Of a DNA stretch of 64,000 nt, positions 10,815 through 23,021 are shown piece by piece (the first letter of the stretch is position 1; each line of letters starts with the position of its first letter). The translations under genes were made by a program, and so were the position numbers. Location of the stretch: the NCBI GenBank assembly GCA_963748815.1, contig CAVVKJ010000010.1, forward strand, positions 960,001 to 1,024,000. The letters are read 5' to 3'. The notes under the pieces were generated by a model. That model was not told the origin of the DNA. It ran no database searches and saw only the letters and a program-made list of their open reading frames with translations. The DNA comes from an uncultured Gemmatimonadales bacterium (GTDB lineage Bacteria; Gemmatimonadota; Gemmatimonadetes; Gemmatimonadales; GWC2-71-9).

Positions 10815-11876
10815 CTATTTGGTGAGCGCGGCCCGTGCCGCCAGGATGGCGTCGATCAGCGGAGCGGAGTCGAACCGGACCGGGTCGGTGCACGGCAATC
10901 CCGTTTCCCTGGCGGCCTTGGCGATGGCCGCCTTCGCCGCCACGTCGTCAAGGTCGTAGGTGTTCAGGCAAATGCCGATCACCTTGGTCGGGTGCACCGC
11001 CGAGCCGATGTCTTCATACCAGCGGATGTAGTCGGTCAGCGGGGGAATCTTGACCCACGCTCCCGCGCGGTAGTCGCCCACGTGCTGGCGGCTGGCCTGG
11101 TGGCAGAGGATCAGCGCATCGGGGCAGGAGCCGTGGAGCAGGCTCAGCGTGACCCCGGAATAGCCGGGGTGGTTGATGCTCCCCTGCCCCTCCACCAGCA
11201 CGATGTCGGCATCCTTGCTCCCCTGCAGCACCAGTTGCTCCGCGGCGCCGCCGGTAAAGTCGGAGACCACCGCATCCACCGAAATGCCCCACCCCTCGAT
11301 CATGATGCCGGTCTGTCCGGTGGCCACGAAGGTGGTCCGCTGGCCGCGTGCCTTGAGCTGTTTCACCAGTTGCAGCTGCGCGGTCATCTTGCCGACGTTG
11401 CAGTCGGTCCCGACCGTCAGCACCACCAGCGCGTCCACATCCTTGGCGAGGCCGCTGGAGACGGGGATGTCGGCGGGGGGCTTCCGGAGGTCGAGCAGCT
11501 TGGCGCCGCTGGCCCGGGCCCGCTCCACCAGCATCGGGTCGTCGGCGAGGAAGCTGTGCAGCCCGCTCCAGATGTCGCACCCGGCGTCGAGCGCCTCCGC
11601 CAGCCAGGTCCGCCACTGCTCCGGCAGTCGCCCGCCGACCGGGGCGATCCCGATCAGCACCGCATCGGGCTTGAACGCCAAGCCTTCGCGCATCGTGCCG
11701 ACCACCGGAATCGGTCCGCCGTAGCCGAGGACATCCTGCGCGGTCTTCCCGACCAGCTGGCTGTCGAGGACCGCCACGGTGCGGTCCGGGAGGTACCGGA
11801 TGATCGAGTTGGCGGTCTTGGAGGTGAGGGGGCCGAAATCGCGATCGGCCAGGATCAGGAAGCGGGTGGCGCTCAT
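10815..11876 (-). CDS. DUF1611 family P-loop protein
   Basis: KTANSIIRY, VGTDCNVGKMT, ATGQTG, DAVVSDF, VEGQGSINHP, LLHGSCPD. Confidence 0.85.
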   Translation of the reverse strand: MSATRFLILADRDFGPLTSKTANSIIRYLPDRTVAVLDSQLVGKTAQDVLGYGGPIPVVGTMREGLAFKPDAVLIGIAPVGGRLPEQWRTWLAEALDAGCDIWSGLHSFLADDPMLVERARASGAKLLDLRKPPADIPVSSGLAKDVDALVVLTVGTDCNVGKMTAQLQLVKQLKARGQRTTFVATGQTGIMIEGWGISVDAVVSDFTGGAAEQLVLQGSKDADIVLVEGQGSINHPGYSGVTLSLLHGSCPDALILCHQASRQHVGDYRAGAWVKIPPLTDYIRWYEDIGSAVHPTKVIGICLNTYDLDDVAAKAAIAKAARETGLPCTDPVRFDSAPLIDAILAARAALTK

Positions 11877-11931
11877 CGGTATGGGTGCCCGTTGGCAGGT
11901 TGGGGAATGGACAAAGTTACCGATGCCACAA

Positions 11932-11966
11932 GGGGCGTGGAAGGGGGGAATCCCCTTGCACGCCCC
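11932..11966 (-). terminator. Probable intrinsic terminator downstream of pspA
   Basis: Inverted repeat GGGGCGTG-G-AAGGGG / CCCCTT-G-CACGCCCC about 25 nt past the pspA stop; short U tract. Confidence 0.6.
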
Positions 11967-11990
11967 GTGCGACCGCGACAGACGGACCCG

Positions 11991-12767
<777 letters not shown>

Positions 12768-12773
12768 CGGGCA

Positions 12774-13169
12774 TCACCTTTCGCGATACGGCGCCAGGGC
12801 GCCCAGGTGGGTCGCCAGCGCCAGCGTGAGCGAATCGAAGCTGGCCTCGAACTCGCTGAAATCCAGATTGTCCAGCTCGAGGGTGTCCGTCAGGACGACG
12901 TGATCACCCTCCACCCCGTAGGATCCGTGCACCAGGTCGGTCGCGTTGTACTCCAGCAGCTGCCGATAGAGCTCCGCGCGGCGGGCCGGTTCGCCCGGCA
13001 GCGCCATCACCCGCACGCGGAGGATCAGGACGGGTGGGGAGAAGCTGACCACCACCTCCGACTCCTCCGACGTCCGCACCTTCCAGAGCCCGTCTTCCAG
13101 TTCTTCGACAGTCCCCCCGGCCGCTTCCATGCGGTCCAGGAACGACTGGACGTCATCCCGTGTGACCAT
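12774..13169 (-). CDS. CesT/YbjN-like chaperone-fold protein
   Basis: Acidic 131-aa protein, LYRQLLEYNATDLVHGSYGVEGDHVVLTDTLELDNLDFSEF; 6 nt upstream of pspA. Confidence 0.7.
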   Translation of the reverse strand: MVTRDDVQSFLDRMEAAGGTVEELEDGLWKVRTSEESEVVVSFSPPVLILRVRVMALPGEPARRAELYRQLLEYNATDLVHGSYGVEGDHVVLTDTLELDNLDFSEFEASFDSLTLALATHLGALAPYRER

Positions 13170-13221
13170 GACACCCCCTCTGCAAGAATCTAACCGCGGC
13201 GGTGACGCCGCCAAACGCCCC

Positions 13222-13569
13222 TCAATTGGGGGGGAGTCGCGATGGCTCCTCGGCGCGCTGCCGCGCCAGCAGCCGTTCCGTGAAGTCCAGGCGCTCCTCA
13301 AGTTCGACCATCCGGTTTCGCATGTCGTACAGCTCGTCCAGTACCTCCGGATGGGGCTCGGCCTGGGCCATCGTCCCCTGGTGGATGCGGGCCGCCAGCG
13401 CCTTGCCGAGTGGCCCCTTCAGCACGACCGCCCCGACCACCCCGCCGGTGATCAGCGCCGGAATCGCGAAGTCCTCGCCGATCACGACGGAGAGCGCGAT
13501 GAACGCGCCGAGCATGACGACGCTGACGATCGTGATGGCGGTGTACAGCGGGACGTTTGATTCCCTCAT
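13222..13569 (-). CDS. PspB-like membrane/coiled-coil paralog 11
   Basis: Two TM segments, GPLGKALAARI, ELEERLDFTERLLA. Confidence 0.8.
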   Translation of the reverse strand: MRESNVPLYTAITIVSVVMLGAFIALSVVIGEDFAIPALITGGVVGAVVLKGPLGKALAARIHQGTMAQAEPHPEVLDELYDMRNRMVELEERLDFTERLLARQRAEEPSRLPPN

Positions 13570-13901
13570 GACAGTCGCTCCGGTTCGCGGGCCTGTGCCA
13601 GCAGCCGTTCGGCGAAGTCGAGCCGCTCCTCAAGCTCCAGCACGCGGTTTCGAACCTCGTCCAGCTCCTCGATCAGCTCGACCGGTACCTCGCTGGGCGC
13701 GGTGGCCACGCTGCCAATGCGCTGGGCGAGGGCCTTGCCCAGCGGGCCCCGGAGGACGACGCCCCCCACCACGCCGCCGGTGATCAGCGCCGGAATCGCA
13801 AAGTCCTTCCCGATCACGAGCGAGAGCAGGATGAACGTTCCGAGCAAGACCCCGCTGATGACTCCGCTGGTGATGTAAAACGCTTCGTTGGGCGACTTCA
13901 T
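13566..13901 (-). CDS. PspB-like paralog 10
   Basis: Two TM segments, GPLGKALAQRI, ELEERLDFAERLLA; close paralog of copy 11. Confidence 0.8.
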   Translation of the reverse strand: MKSPNEAFYITSGVISGVLLGTFILLSLVIGKDFAIPALITGGVVGGVVLRGPLGKALAQRIGSVATAPSEVPVELIEELDEVRNRVLELEERLDFAERLLAQAREPERLS

Positions 13902-14255
13902 CTCAGCCGTTCCGGTTCGCGGGCCTGGGCCAGGAGCCGTTCGGCGAAGTCGAGCCGCTCCTCGAGTTCGTGCAGCCGAAGTTCGCCCTGTTCCAGCTGC
14001 GCCAGCCGTGCCTCCACGTCTGCAAGCCGCTCAGCGGTGAACTCCCCGCTCGATGCGGGCGGGAGTGCCCGGAGCGCGAAGTGCCGGCGCACCCCAAGCA
14101 CGACTAGGGACGTGCCGCCGACCGCGGCGAGCATCGCCGACGCCGCGCCGTGGCTGAGGAACTGGGCACCGACCGTCATCACGGCCACGGTGACGCCGAT
14201 CGTGAATCGTCAGGTCGATTCCGTCGAGTCCGAATGTCCGCCTGATCCAGCTCAC
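13898..14255 (-). CDS. PspB-like paralog 9 (one frameshift near 14200)
   Basis: MSWIRRTFGLDGIDLTIH in one frame continues as ...ELEERLDFAERLLAQAREPERLR in another. Confidence 0.75.
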
Positions 14256-14632
14256 CGGGGCGCCTCCAGCCGATGGGGCTCTTCCCGCGCCTGCGCCAGC
14301 AACCGCTCCGCGAAGTCGAGCCGTTCCTCCAGTTCGTGTACGCGATAGTTCAGGGCGTCGACTTCGTTGAGTCGGGCGTCGAGCTCGGCCAGCCGGTCGG
14401 TAATCACCTCGCCGGTGATCTCCCCGATACCGCCCTGGGGTCCGCGTTTCAGGGCAAGATGCCGGCGGATGCCGAGGACGACCATCGAGATCGCTCCGAC
14501 ACCGGCCACCAACGTCTCCGGGTTCTCCGGGCCGGCCAGACTTCCGGCGACGATCATCATGAAGCCGGTCACGCCGACCTGAATGACGATGTCCACCCCG
14601 TCCAGTCCGACGAGCCTTCGGATCCAGCTCAC
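14252..14632 (-). CDS. PspB-like paralog 8
   Basis: MSWIRRLVGLDGVD, two TM segments, ELEERLDFAERLLA. Confidence 0.8.
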   Translation of the reverse strand: MSWIRRLVGLDGVDIVIQVGVTGFMMIVAGSLAGPENPETLVAGVGAISMVVLGIRRHLALKRGPQGGIGEITGEVITDRLAELDARLNEVDALNYRVHELEERLDFAERLLAQAREEPHRLEAPR

Positions 14633-15000
14633 CGCCCCTCCTCGAGCCGGGCGCGCTTCTCCCGTTCGCTCACCAGCATCCGCTCGGCGAAATCCACCCG
14701 CTCCTCGAGTTCGTGGAGCCTGGCCCGTTCCTGCTCCAGCTGATGGAGCCGGTCGTCGAGCTCCTCCAGCCCCGCCTGGCCGCCGGCGGGCGGGAGGGCG
14801 CGCTGCCTGGCCCGTCCGACAAAGATTCGGGCAACCAGCAGGGCGGCCGACGCCGATAACAGCATCGTGGCGAGAAAGTCGCCGTCGTAGTTGAACTCGC
14901 CGCCGGCACCGCCCACGATGACCGCCACGACGACCGACACGCCCACGTGAATCGTGATGTCCTTGCCGTCGATGCCGAAGATTTCACGAATGCGGCTCAT
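14629..15000 (-). CDS. PspB-like paralog 7
   Basis: MSRIREIFGIDGKD, two TM segments, ELEERVDFAERML; ATG at 15000 overlaps the upstream stop. Confidence 0.8.
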   Translation of the reverse strand: MSRIREIFGIDGKDITIHVGVSVVVAVIVGGAGGEFNYDGDFLATMLLSASAALLVARIFVGRARQRALPPAGGQAGLEELDDRLHQLEQERARLHELEERVDFAERMLVSEREKRARLEEGR

Positions 15001-15290
15001 TTGCCCTCCTCGATTCTTGCCGGCTCCCGACCCTGCGCCAGCAGCCGCTCTGTGAAGTCGAGGCGCTCCTCCAGCTCGGCCATCCGTTGGTAGACCAGGT
15101 CGGTCTCGCCGGTCACCGGCCGCGTGGCCTCGAGCGCCTCGAGGCGCGCCTCCAGCGCCGCCGGCACCGCCCCGCCGCGCACCCGGTCGGCCAGCGCCTT
15201 GATGACCGGCGACATCGCCGCCCAGAAGGCGACGTTGATGACGCCGATCGCGATCCAGAACGCGAAGTCGCCGATGCCGTCGCCCATCAC
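14997..15290 (-). CDS. PspB-like paralog 6
   Basis: One TM, SPVIKALADRV, ELEERLDFTERLLA. Confidence 0.8.
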   Translation of the reverse strand: MMGDGIGDFAFWIAIGVINVAFWAAMSPVIKALADRVRGGAVPAALEARLEALEATRPVTGETDLVYQRMAELEERLDFTERLLAQGREPARIEEGK

Positions 15291-15574
15291 TCGCTCCTGG
15301 CGTGAGGGTCGGGCCGCCGGGGCTCTGCGCCGGGAGGCGGAAGAATCCGCTCGGCAAAGTCCACCCGCTCCTCCAATTCGAGCATCCGGTGCCGCAGTGC
15401 CTCGACCTCCGCCAGGCAGGCGTCGAGCTCGGCGGCCAGCGCCGGGTCCGTCCCTCGGCCCGCGATCCGCTCTGCGATCGCCTTCCCGATCGGCCCGGCC
15501 AGGATGAAGGAACCAGCCCAGGCCAGCACGAAGACACCGAGAATCGAGACGCCGAAAATCACACCAGGTTCCAC
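15287..15574 (-). CDS. PspB-like paralog 5
   Basis: One TM, GPIGKAIAERI, ELEERVDFAERIL. Confidence 0.8.
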   Translation of the reverse strand: MEPGVIFGVSILGVFVLAWAGSFILAGPIGKAIAERIAGRGTDPALAAELDACLAEVEALRHRMLELEERVDFAERILPPPGAEPRRPDPHARSE

Positions 15575-15586
15575 GTCGCCCCCCGC

Positions 15587-15874
15587 CTACGAACCGATCC
15601 GCGGCTGCTCACGCTGCTGCGCGAGGAGCCGCTCGGTGAAGTCCAGCCGCTCCTCGAGCTCGTGGAGCCGGTCGACCTGCTGCTCCAGCTCGGCCACGCG
15701 CCCCTGGAGCTGCTTCGAGGTCTGGCAACGCCTGCGCATCCGCTTGCCCATTGGTGCCCTCGATCCGACGGGCCCACGCCTTTCCCAAGCGGGCCGCGGA
15801 GAATGATGACCCCCGCGACGGAGAACATCAGAAGATCCGCTCACAAAGATGCTCGCAATGTCGCCCGACCCCAT
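15587..15874 (-). CDS. PspB-like paralog 4 (several compensating frameshifts)
   Basis: Fragments MGSGDIASIFVS / MFSVAGVIILRGPLGK / LQGRVAELEQQVDRLHELEERLDFTERLLAQQRE. Confidence 0.7.
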   Translation of the reverse strand: MGSGDIASIFVSGSSDVLRRGGHHSPRPAWERRGPVGSRAPMGKRMRRRCQTSKQLQGRVAELEQQVDRLHELEERLDFTERLLAQQREQPRIGS

Positions 15875-15886
15875 GGTGCCCCGTCG

Positions 15887-16249
15887 CTAGTGTGGGAGCC
15901 GGGCCTGCTCACGCTGCTGCGCGAGGAGTCGCTCGGTGAAATCCAGTCGCTCTTCGAGCTCGTGGACGATGCCCTGGCGCTGCTCGAGGTCGGCCACTCG
16001 CGCGCGCAGATCCTCGAGCTCAGCCAGGACCATCGGATCCAGACGCTGCTTCCCCTCGATCCGCCGCGCGATGGCGCGGATGAGCGGGAAGGTGATCAGC
16101 GCCGTCGCGGCGAAGAACCCCAACGCGATCATGACGACCGCCGGCGTCCCGAGGAACGCCCAGGGTGGCAGGACTTCCATGGGGGGCAACGGCGGAATCG
16201 GTGCGACCACCACCTCGCCCTGCGCCAGCAACGGCCAAATTCCGATCAT
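15887..16249 (-). CDS. PspB-like paralog 3
   Basis: Pro-rich N-terminus, one TM, PLIRAIARRI, ELEERLDFTERLLA. Confidence 0.8.
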   Translation of the reverse strand: MIGIWPLLAQGEVVVAPIPPLPPMEVLPPWAFLGTPAVVMIALGFFAATALITFPLIRAIARRIEGKQRLDPMVLAELEDLRARVADLEQRQGIVHELEERLDFTERLLAQQREQARLPH

Positions 16250-16509
16250 CGTGCACCTCCAGGCGGCAATCCGGCCACGTCCCGCTGTTGGGCAATCAGT
16301 CGTTCGGCAAAATCCAGCCGCTCCTCCAACTCCAACATCCGATCACGCAGCGCGTCGACCTCCTCGGGCAGGTGCGCATCGTGTGACGGCACACCGCCAC
16401 CTTCGAGTTTCCGCAGCAGCGCCTTCCGTATCGGCACCGCGAAGAAGAAGACCAGCGCGATGCCGGAAGAGAGCAGCATCATCATGGCGATGAATTCTTC
16501 GTGCGGCAC
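16246..16509 (-). CDS. PspB-like paralog 2
   Basis: One TM, PIRKALLRKL, ELEERLDFAERLIA. Confidence 0.8.
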   Translation of the reverse strand: MPHEEFIAMMMLLSSGIALVFFFAVPIRKALLRKLEGGGVPSHDAHLPEEVDALRDRMLELEERLDFAERLIAQQRDVAGLPPGGAR

Positions 16510-16520
16510 GGCGCGCTCCT

Positions 16521-16778
16521 CTAGCTCGGCGGAAGTTGAGACGGGTCGCGGCGCTCGGCCAGCAGCCGCTCGGTAAAGTCCACTCGCTCGTGCAACTCCG
16601 ACATCTGCGCCCTCAGATCGTCAATCTCTGCGAGGAGCTGCGGGTCGGGCGGGGCCAGTTCATGGGTCTTGGCCCGGATCCGCTCGGCGTACGCCTTGCC
16701 GATCGGGCTGATGGAGAGCAGGAAGACGGTTCCGCCCCCAAAGATGAAAATGATGGCCAGTACGCCTTCCATGTCCAC
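16521..16778 (-). CDS. PspB-like paralog 1
   Basis: One TM, SPIGKAYAERI, ELHERVDFTERLLA. Confidence 0.8.
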   Translation of the reverse strand: MDMEGVLAIIFIFGGGTVFLLSISPIGKAYAERIRAKTHELAPPDPQLLAEIDDLRAQMSELHERVDFTERLLAERRDPSQLPPS

Positions 16779-16806
16779 TGCCTTCTCCAGGGGTGAATAG
16801 TGGAAG

Positions 16807-16833
16807 TACGGGGTAACGTTTCAATTTGTTTCA
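16807..16833 (-). promoter_or_regulatory. Putative ECF sigma-dependent promoter (TGAAAC-N17-CGTA)
   Basis: Minus strand TGAAAC aaattgaaacgttaccc CGTA in an AT-rich gap about 30 nt upstream of paralog 1; resembles the SigW/SigM-type consensus. Confidence 0.5.
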
Positions 16834-16853
16834 TTGCCGTCAATCAGCAGTGG

Positions 16854-17738
16854 TTAACTGCTTTTGCCAGAATGCTTTATCTGGACGAGTCGCTCTCTGG
16901 CCAAGCGCCTCCCGGTCGGGGTCGCGGCCAGCCCACCCCCGGCTGTCTCACGATACCGCACGTCCATCGAGCGGCCAATCTCCCCCATTGTATCGATCAC
17001 CTCGTCGGCCGGGATGGGGAACTCGATCCCGGCGAGCGCCATCTCGATGGCCGCCAGCGCAATCGCCGCCCCCGTCGCGTTCCGAAAGACGCAGGGGATC
17101 TCCACGAGCCCCCCGAGCGGGTCGCAGACCAGCCCCAGGGTGCCCTGCATCGCCAGGGACACGGCGTGCGCCGCCACCGTCGGCGATCCGCCGAGCACCT
17201 CCACCCCGGCCCCGGCGGCCATCGCCGCCGCGGCGCCGGTTTCCGCCTGGCAGCCGCCTTCCGCCCCGCTGAGCGAGGCCCGCACGGCCACCACCGCCCC
17301 GATCAATCCCGCCGTGGCCAGCCCCCGCACCAGCTGCTCGTCCGTCGCGCTGCCGCGTCCGGCCAAACCGAGGAGCACACCGGGCAGCACCCCCGCCCCA
17401 CCGGCGGTCGGCGCGGCCACGATGACCCCCATGGCCGCGTTGACCTCCTGCACCGCGAGGGCACTCGCGAGGACCTCCGTGAAGAGGGTCCCGGAGAGCG
17501 GTCCCGTCAAGCGGTTCAGCTTGGCGGCGTCGCCCCCTACCAGCCCGCTCACGCTTCGCAGATCGCCCGGGAGTCCACGGGCCACCGCCCCACGCATCAC
17601 CTCGAGCGCGCGCGCCAGCCCCCCTTCCAGCTCGGCCCGGCTGCGCAGCCCGTGCGCCACCTCGCGCCTGAGCGCAAACTCGCCCAGCGAGATCCCTGCC
17701 GCTTCGGCCTGGGTCACCGCGTCGTTCAGGGACTCCAT
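16854..17738 (-). CDS. sdaAA: L-serine dehydratase, Fe-S dependent, alpha subunit
   Basis: IVAAPTAGGAG, SGAEGGCQAE, GLVCDPLGGLVEIPCVFRN, YRETAGGGLA. Confidence 0.95.
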   Translation of the reverse strand: MESLNDAVTQAEAAGISLGEFALRREVAHGLRSRAELEGGLARALEVMRGAVARGLPGDLRSVSGLVGGDAAKLNRLTGPLSGTLFTEVLASALAVQEVNAAMGVIVAAPTAGGAGVLPGVLLGLAGRGSATDEQLVRGLATAGLIGAVVAVRASLSGAEGGCQAETGAAAAMAAGAGVEVLGGSPTVAAHAVSLAMQGTLGLVCDPLGGLVEIPCVFRNATGAAIALAAIEMALAGIEFPIPADEVIDTMGEIGRSMDVRYRETAGGGLAATPTGRRLARERLVQIKHSGKSS

Positions 17739-18406
17739 CAGCCGTCCACCCTTCCGATCGCCCGGACGCTCTGCACGCGAGGCAGGGCGAGCAACGCCGC
17801 CAGCGCCTCGGCGCCGACGGCCTCGTCGAGCTCGTAGATGTGAATCGCGTGCCCGCCCTTTTCGCGTCGGGACACCTTGATCGTCGCGATATTGCCGCCC
17901 TGCGCCGCCAGCGTGGTCGTGATGGCGGCGACGGCGCCCGGCTGATCGATGGCGACCACCACGAGCGCAGGGAGGGTGCCGGTGATTTCCACCGGGTAGC
18001 CGTCGATGCTCGTGATCACGATGCGGCCGGCACCGATGGACGACCCGACGACGGTGACCTGGCGCTCGTCGCGCGCGAGGGTGAGGCGGGCGGTGTTGGG
18101 GTGGTGATCGCCGCGCAGCTTCGTGTTCTCGAAGGTGACGGCCATGCCCGCGTCGGCCGCCAGCTCGAGGCTCTCGCGCAGCCGCTCGTCGTCGGGCCGG
18201 AAACCAAGCAAGCCCCCGACGAGGGCGCGGTCGGTGCCGTGCCCCTGCCCGGTGCGCGCGAACGAGCCGTGCAGCTCGATGCGCGCCCGATCGGGCTGGC
18301 CGCCGAGCAGCGCCCGGGCGAAGAGGCCGATGCGGCAGGCCCCCGCCGTGTGGGACGACGAGGGCCCGACCATCACCGGTCCGATGATATCAAGGAGTGA
18401 GATCAT
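17738..18406 (-). CDS. sdaAB: L-serine dehydratase beta subunit with ACT domain
   Basis: IIGPVMVGPSSSHTAGA, GSFARTGQGHGTD, HPNT, SIGAG; C-terminal DQPGAVA ACT domain. Confidence 0.95.
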   Translation of the reverse strand: MISLLDIIGPVMVGPSSSHTAGACRIGLFARALLGGQPDRARIELHGSFARTGQGHGTDRALVGGLLGFRPDDERLRESLELAADAGMAVTFENTKLRGDHHPNTARLTLARDERQVTVVGSSIGAGRIVITSIDGYPVEITGTLPALVVVAIDQPGAVAAITTTLAAQGGNIATIKVSRREKGGHAIHIYELDEAVGAEALAALLALPRVQSVRAIGRVDG

Positions 18407-18409
18407 TCG

Positions 18410-18625
18410 TCAGAGCAGTTCCACCTGCTGGATGTCGCCGAGGGACAACGCGATTTCCGTGTCCTCGACGCCGAGAGGCCGCAGGTAGACCTCGTGGGCG
18501 GTCACGTGGGCGTCGAGCGACGTCGGGATGCCCGAGATCTCGGTCGTGTCGGAGAGGACAATCCGGACCGGCTGGTCGTGGTCCCCCGCGTACCCCAGCA
18601 GGCTGACCACTTCGTCAAACGTCAT
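18410..18625 (-). CDS. Small acidic hypothetical protein (71 aa)
   Basis: MTFDEVVSLLGYAGDHDQPVRIVLSD...; AGGAGG RBS upstream; fits the uvrA-sdaAB gap. Confidence 0.65.
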   Translation of the reverse strand: MTFDEVVSLLGYAGDHDQPVRIVLSDTTEISGIPTSLDAHVTAHEVYLRPLGVEDTEIALSLGDIQQVELL

Positions 18626-18696
18626 CTTCGCCTCCTGGTCAGGGTCTCCGATCAATGTACGGATGCCGTCAGGGTGCCGCCAGCGACCTGCCGGCC

Positions 18697-21567
<2,871 letters not shown>

Positions 21568-21690
21568 AGCCTTGGAGGATACCCCGGACCGGCATCGGGA
21601 TTCAACTCTCCCCGCGAGACGCCGGGAGGCCGGCCGTTCCCTTTTCCGGCGCCCCCAGACACTTTTCCTCATTCCGGGGTTCGTGAACCC

Positions 21691-21718
21691 CTTCCCGCTT
21701 CCCCGCTTCCCCGCCTCC
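21691..21718 (-). repeat. GGGGAAGC octamer tandem in the uvrA/TPR divergent intergenic region
   Basis: Plus strand cttccc gcttcccc gcttcccc gcctcc. Confidence 0.7.
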
Positions 21719-21719
21719 A

Positions 21720-22521
21720 ATGCGCCGTTCGAAACACAGCAGGACCAGCGGTCGCCAGCAGGCACTGGGAGACCTCTTCGCCCCCGACACGCTCGAGGGC
21801 GACCCGACACCCCGGGCCGCGGACGCGCATTTCTCGCTTCGCCCGTTCGCGGGGGAGATGCCGCAGGCGGTCGGGGTCGATCCGCACGCGGAGGCGGCGG
21901 AAGAACCGCCGGCGCGGCTCCTGCGGCTGGCGCGGGAGGCGGCCAAGCCGGGACCGCCGCGCGGAGGCCGAGGCCTTCTTTTTGGAGCTGCTCGAACTCG
22001 CGCCCTCCCACCTCGAGGGGCGAGTGGAAATCGCCCGACTCCACGAGCGCCAGGGCCGGGAGGAAGAGGCCTATGTGCACCTGAGCAAGGCGGTCGAGTT
22101 GAATGCCGAGCTTGTCGCCCCGCTCGTGGCCCGCGGCGCCTTCCTTGCCCGCCTGAAACGGCACGCCGACGCGGAGGCGGACCTCCACCGCGCACTTCGG
22201 CTGGCCCCCCAGGACGTCGATGCGCACTTCGAGCTGGGCTTCGCGCTGTGGCGCAAGGGACTTGCGACCGAGGCAGCGGAATACCTCCGCCGGGCCGCCA
22301 CCCTGGCGCCGGAGCGCGCCGACGCCGAGCACTACCTCGGCGAGTCGCTGCACCAGCTCGGGGACGACATCGGCGCGCTGGCGGCCCTCGAGCGCGCAGC
22401 GACACTCGACGCCGGCAATCCGAAGCCGCTGCAAATGATGGGGCGGGTGCTCGACCGCCTGGGCCGGCCGGAGGAGGCCCGGGAGATGTACCGGCGGGCG
22501 CGGGAGGCGGCGCCACGATGA
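21720..22521 (+). CDS. Tetratricopeptide repeat protein (frameshift near 21950; start approximate)
   Basis: Repeated TPR helices: [40 protein letters not shown]. Confidence 0.75.
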
Positions 22522-23021
22522 TCGAGGTGGTGGTCGACGACCTGGCCTTCCTCCAGGTCGACGCCGTGCTGCGCCCCGCGAGCGACACCCTCGACCCGGT
22601 CGCGTCGGTCTCCAGTCGGCTGGATCAGCTCGCGGGCCCGGCGTTCGCCGAGGAACGGCGGATCCAGTCGGCCATGGAGGTCGGCTCGGCGGTGGTGACC
22701 GGGGCCGGCGAGCTGAACGCGCAATTCGTCATCCACGCCGTGATCCAGGGCGACCGGTCGAACGCGACCACCGATTCCGTCCGCCGCGCGCTCACCTCGG
22801 CGTGGCAACGCGCGGCGGCCTGGGGATTGGACCGGATTGCCGGACCGCCGATCGGCGCCGGGGCCGGCCAGCTGGGATTGGCCGATGCCGCCGAGCTGAT
22901 GGCCCAGACGTTCGTGGCACATTGCCGCACCGGGCGCCCACCGACGTCGCTGCAGATCGTCGTCGACCGGGACGACGAGCGCGACATCATCGAGGCCGCC
23001 ATCCGGCGGGTCGACCGCTGA
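22518..23021 (+). CDS. Macro domain protein (degenerate motifs)
   Basis: [45 protein letters not shown]. Confidence 0.8.
   Translation: MIEVVVDDLAFLQVDAVLRPASDTLDPVASVSSRLDQLAGPAFAEERRIQSAMEVGSAVVTGAGELNAQFVIHAVIQGDRSNATTDSVRRALTSAWQRAAAWGLDRIAGPPIGAGAGQLGLADAAELMAQTFVAHCRTGRPPTSLQIVVDRDDERDIIEAAIRRVDR

Noticed and set aside
13222..16778. CRISPR array, DGR or integron cassette array as the explanation for the periodic repeats
   Set aside because: The repeats are degenerate at synonymous positions and lie inside ORFs; genes overlap with no attC-like spacers; no cas, reverse transcriptase or integrase gene is in the window.
21568..22434. 289-aa N-terminal extension of UvrA in the ORF track
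   Set aside because: It overlaps the TPR gene on the opposite strand; UvrA homology starts at MAEEYL (21567).
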